Notes under the pieces: model-generated
Database searches by the model: none
What the model saw: the letters and a program-made list of their open reading frames with translations, nothing else
Told to the model about the DNA's origin: nothing
Part shown: piece after piece, positions 63,560-64,000 of the stretch
Position numbering within the stretch: the first letter of the stretch is position 1
Layout: every line of letters starts with the position of its first letter
From: Octopus sinensis
Lineage: Eukaryota
Direction: 5' to 3'
Assembly: GCF_006345805.1 (NCBI RefSeq)
Contig: NC_043020.1
Coordinates: forward strand, 3,782,001-3,846,000
DNA: 64,000 nt
Program-made: the position numbers and the translations under genes

Positions 63560-63990
63560 GAAAAAGCAGATGTGAAGAGCTGAAAGCCATCTGAGGTATT
63601 GGAAAACAGTTATGTGTATCATAACAGGTTGCACTAAGTGTCAACATGCCAACATCACGATTGCTGCTCAATGCTCTGTGAACACTGCAAAGGCCATAAG
63701 ATGTGACATGGACAGCAACAACAGCCATGGCCAGCAGAAAGGGACATTGTAGGTGTTGGACTGCATGCACACTGCATGTGAGACAAAGTGAGTGAAGACC
63801 CGAGTAAGGAAATCTAAGCTCTTATGGGAGATGGGTGTTGAAGTTGCTACCATGAAGAGGAGCTTGAATGAAGGCCTTTGCTACCATTCATACAAGGGGC
63901 ACAAGGGACAAATTCTGACAGCCAAGGCCAAAGAGAACTGCTTGAGAAAGGCAAAGAAGCTTCTGAACAAACTGAGGCAACCTGTTGAAC
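63560..63990 (+). mobile_element. RTE-like LINE fragment
   Basis: GC-richer remnant with similarity to the RTE RT C-terminal region; heavily degraded. Confidence 0.5.
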
Positions 63991-64000
63991 TGGGGATCAA

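Overview
AT-rich animal genomic DNA, dense in microsatellites, tRNA-headed SINEs and LINE or DNA-transposon remnants. The repeat families look like those of an octopus or other coleoid cephalopod (inference from recognition, not from a search). One host gene is well supported: a minus-strand SLC20/PiT-family Na+/phosphate cotransporter. Eight coding exons with GT-AG boundaries and consistent phases lie between 21639 and 5545 (919 nt, about 306 codons), and the gene continues beyond the left edge. The rest is intronic or intergenic: Tc1/mariner and maT relics, CR1-like and RTE LINE fragments, a decayed Penelope-like GIY-YIG endonuclease, a non-autonomous Helitron, TTAA-flanked MITEs, and a near-identical 3 x 1.72 kb tandem triplication. 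The most unusual signal is a set of about ten hammerhead-ribozyme (HHR)-like motifs in short (TA)n-embedded or fold-back elements. They include one near-canonical type I HHR locked by a competing 26-bp hairpin and several minimal motifs, most with a palindromic stem III, in which the tertiary 3:8 pair occurs as C3:G8, G3:C8 and U3:A8. One further motif (55861-55921) has all core nucleotides and three helices in a non-circularly permuted strand order. All ribozyme calls come from manual base-pairing; activity and novelty are untested.
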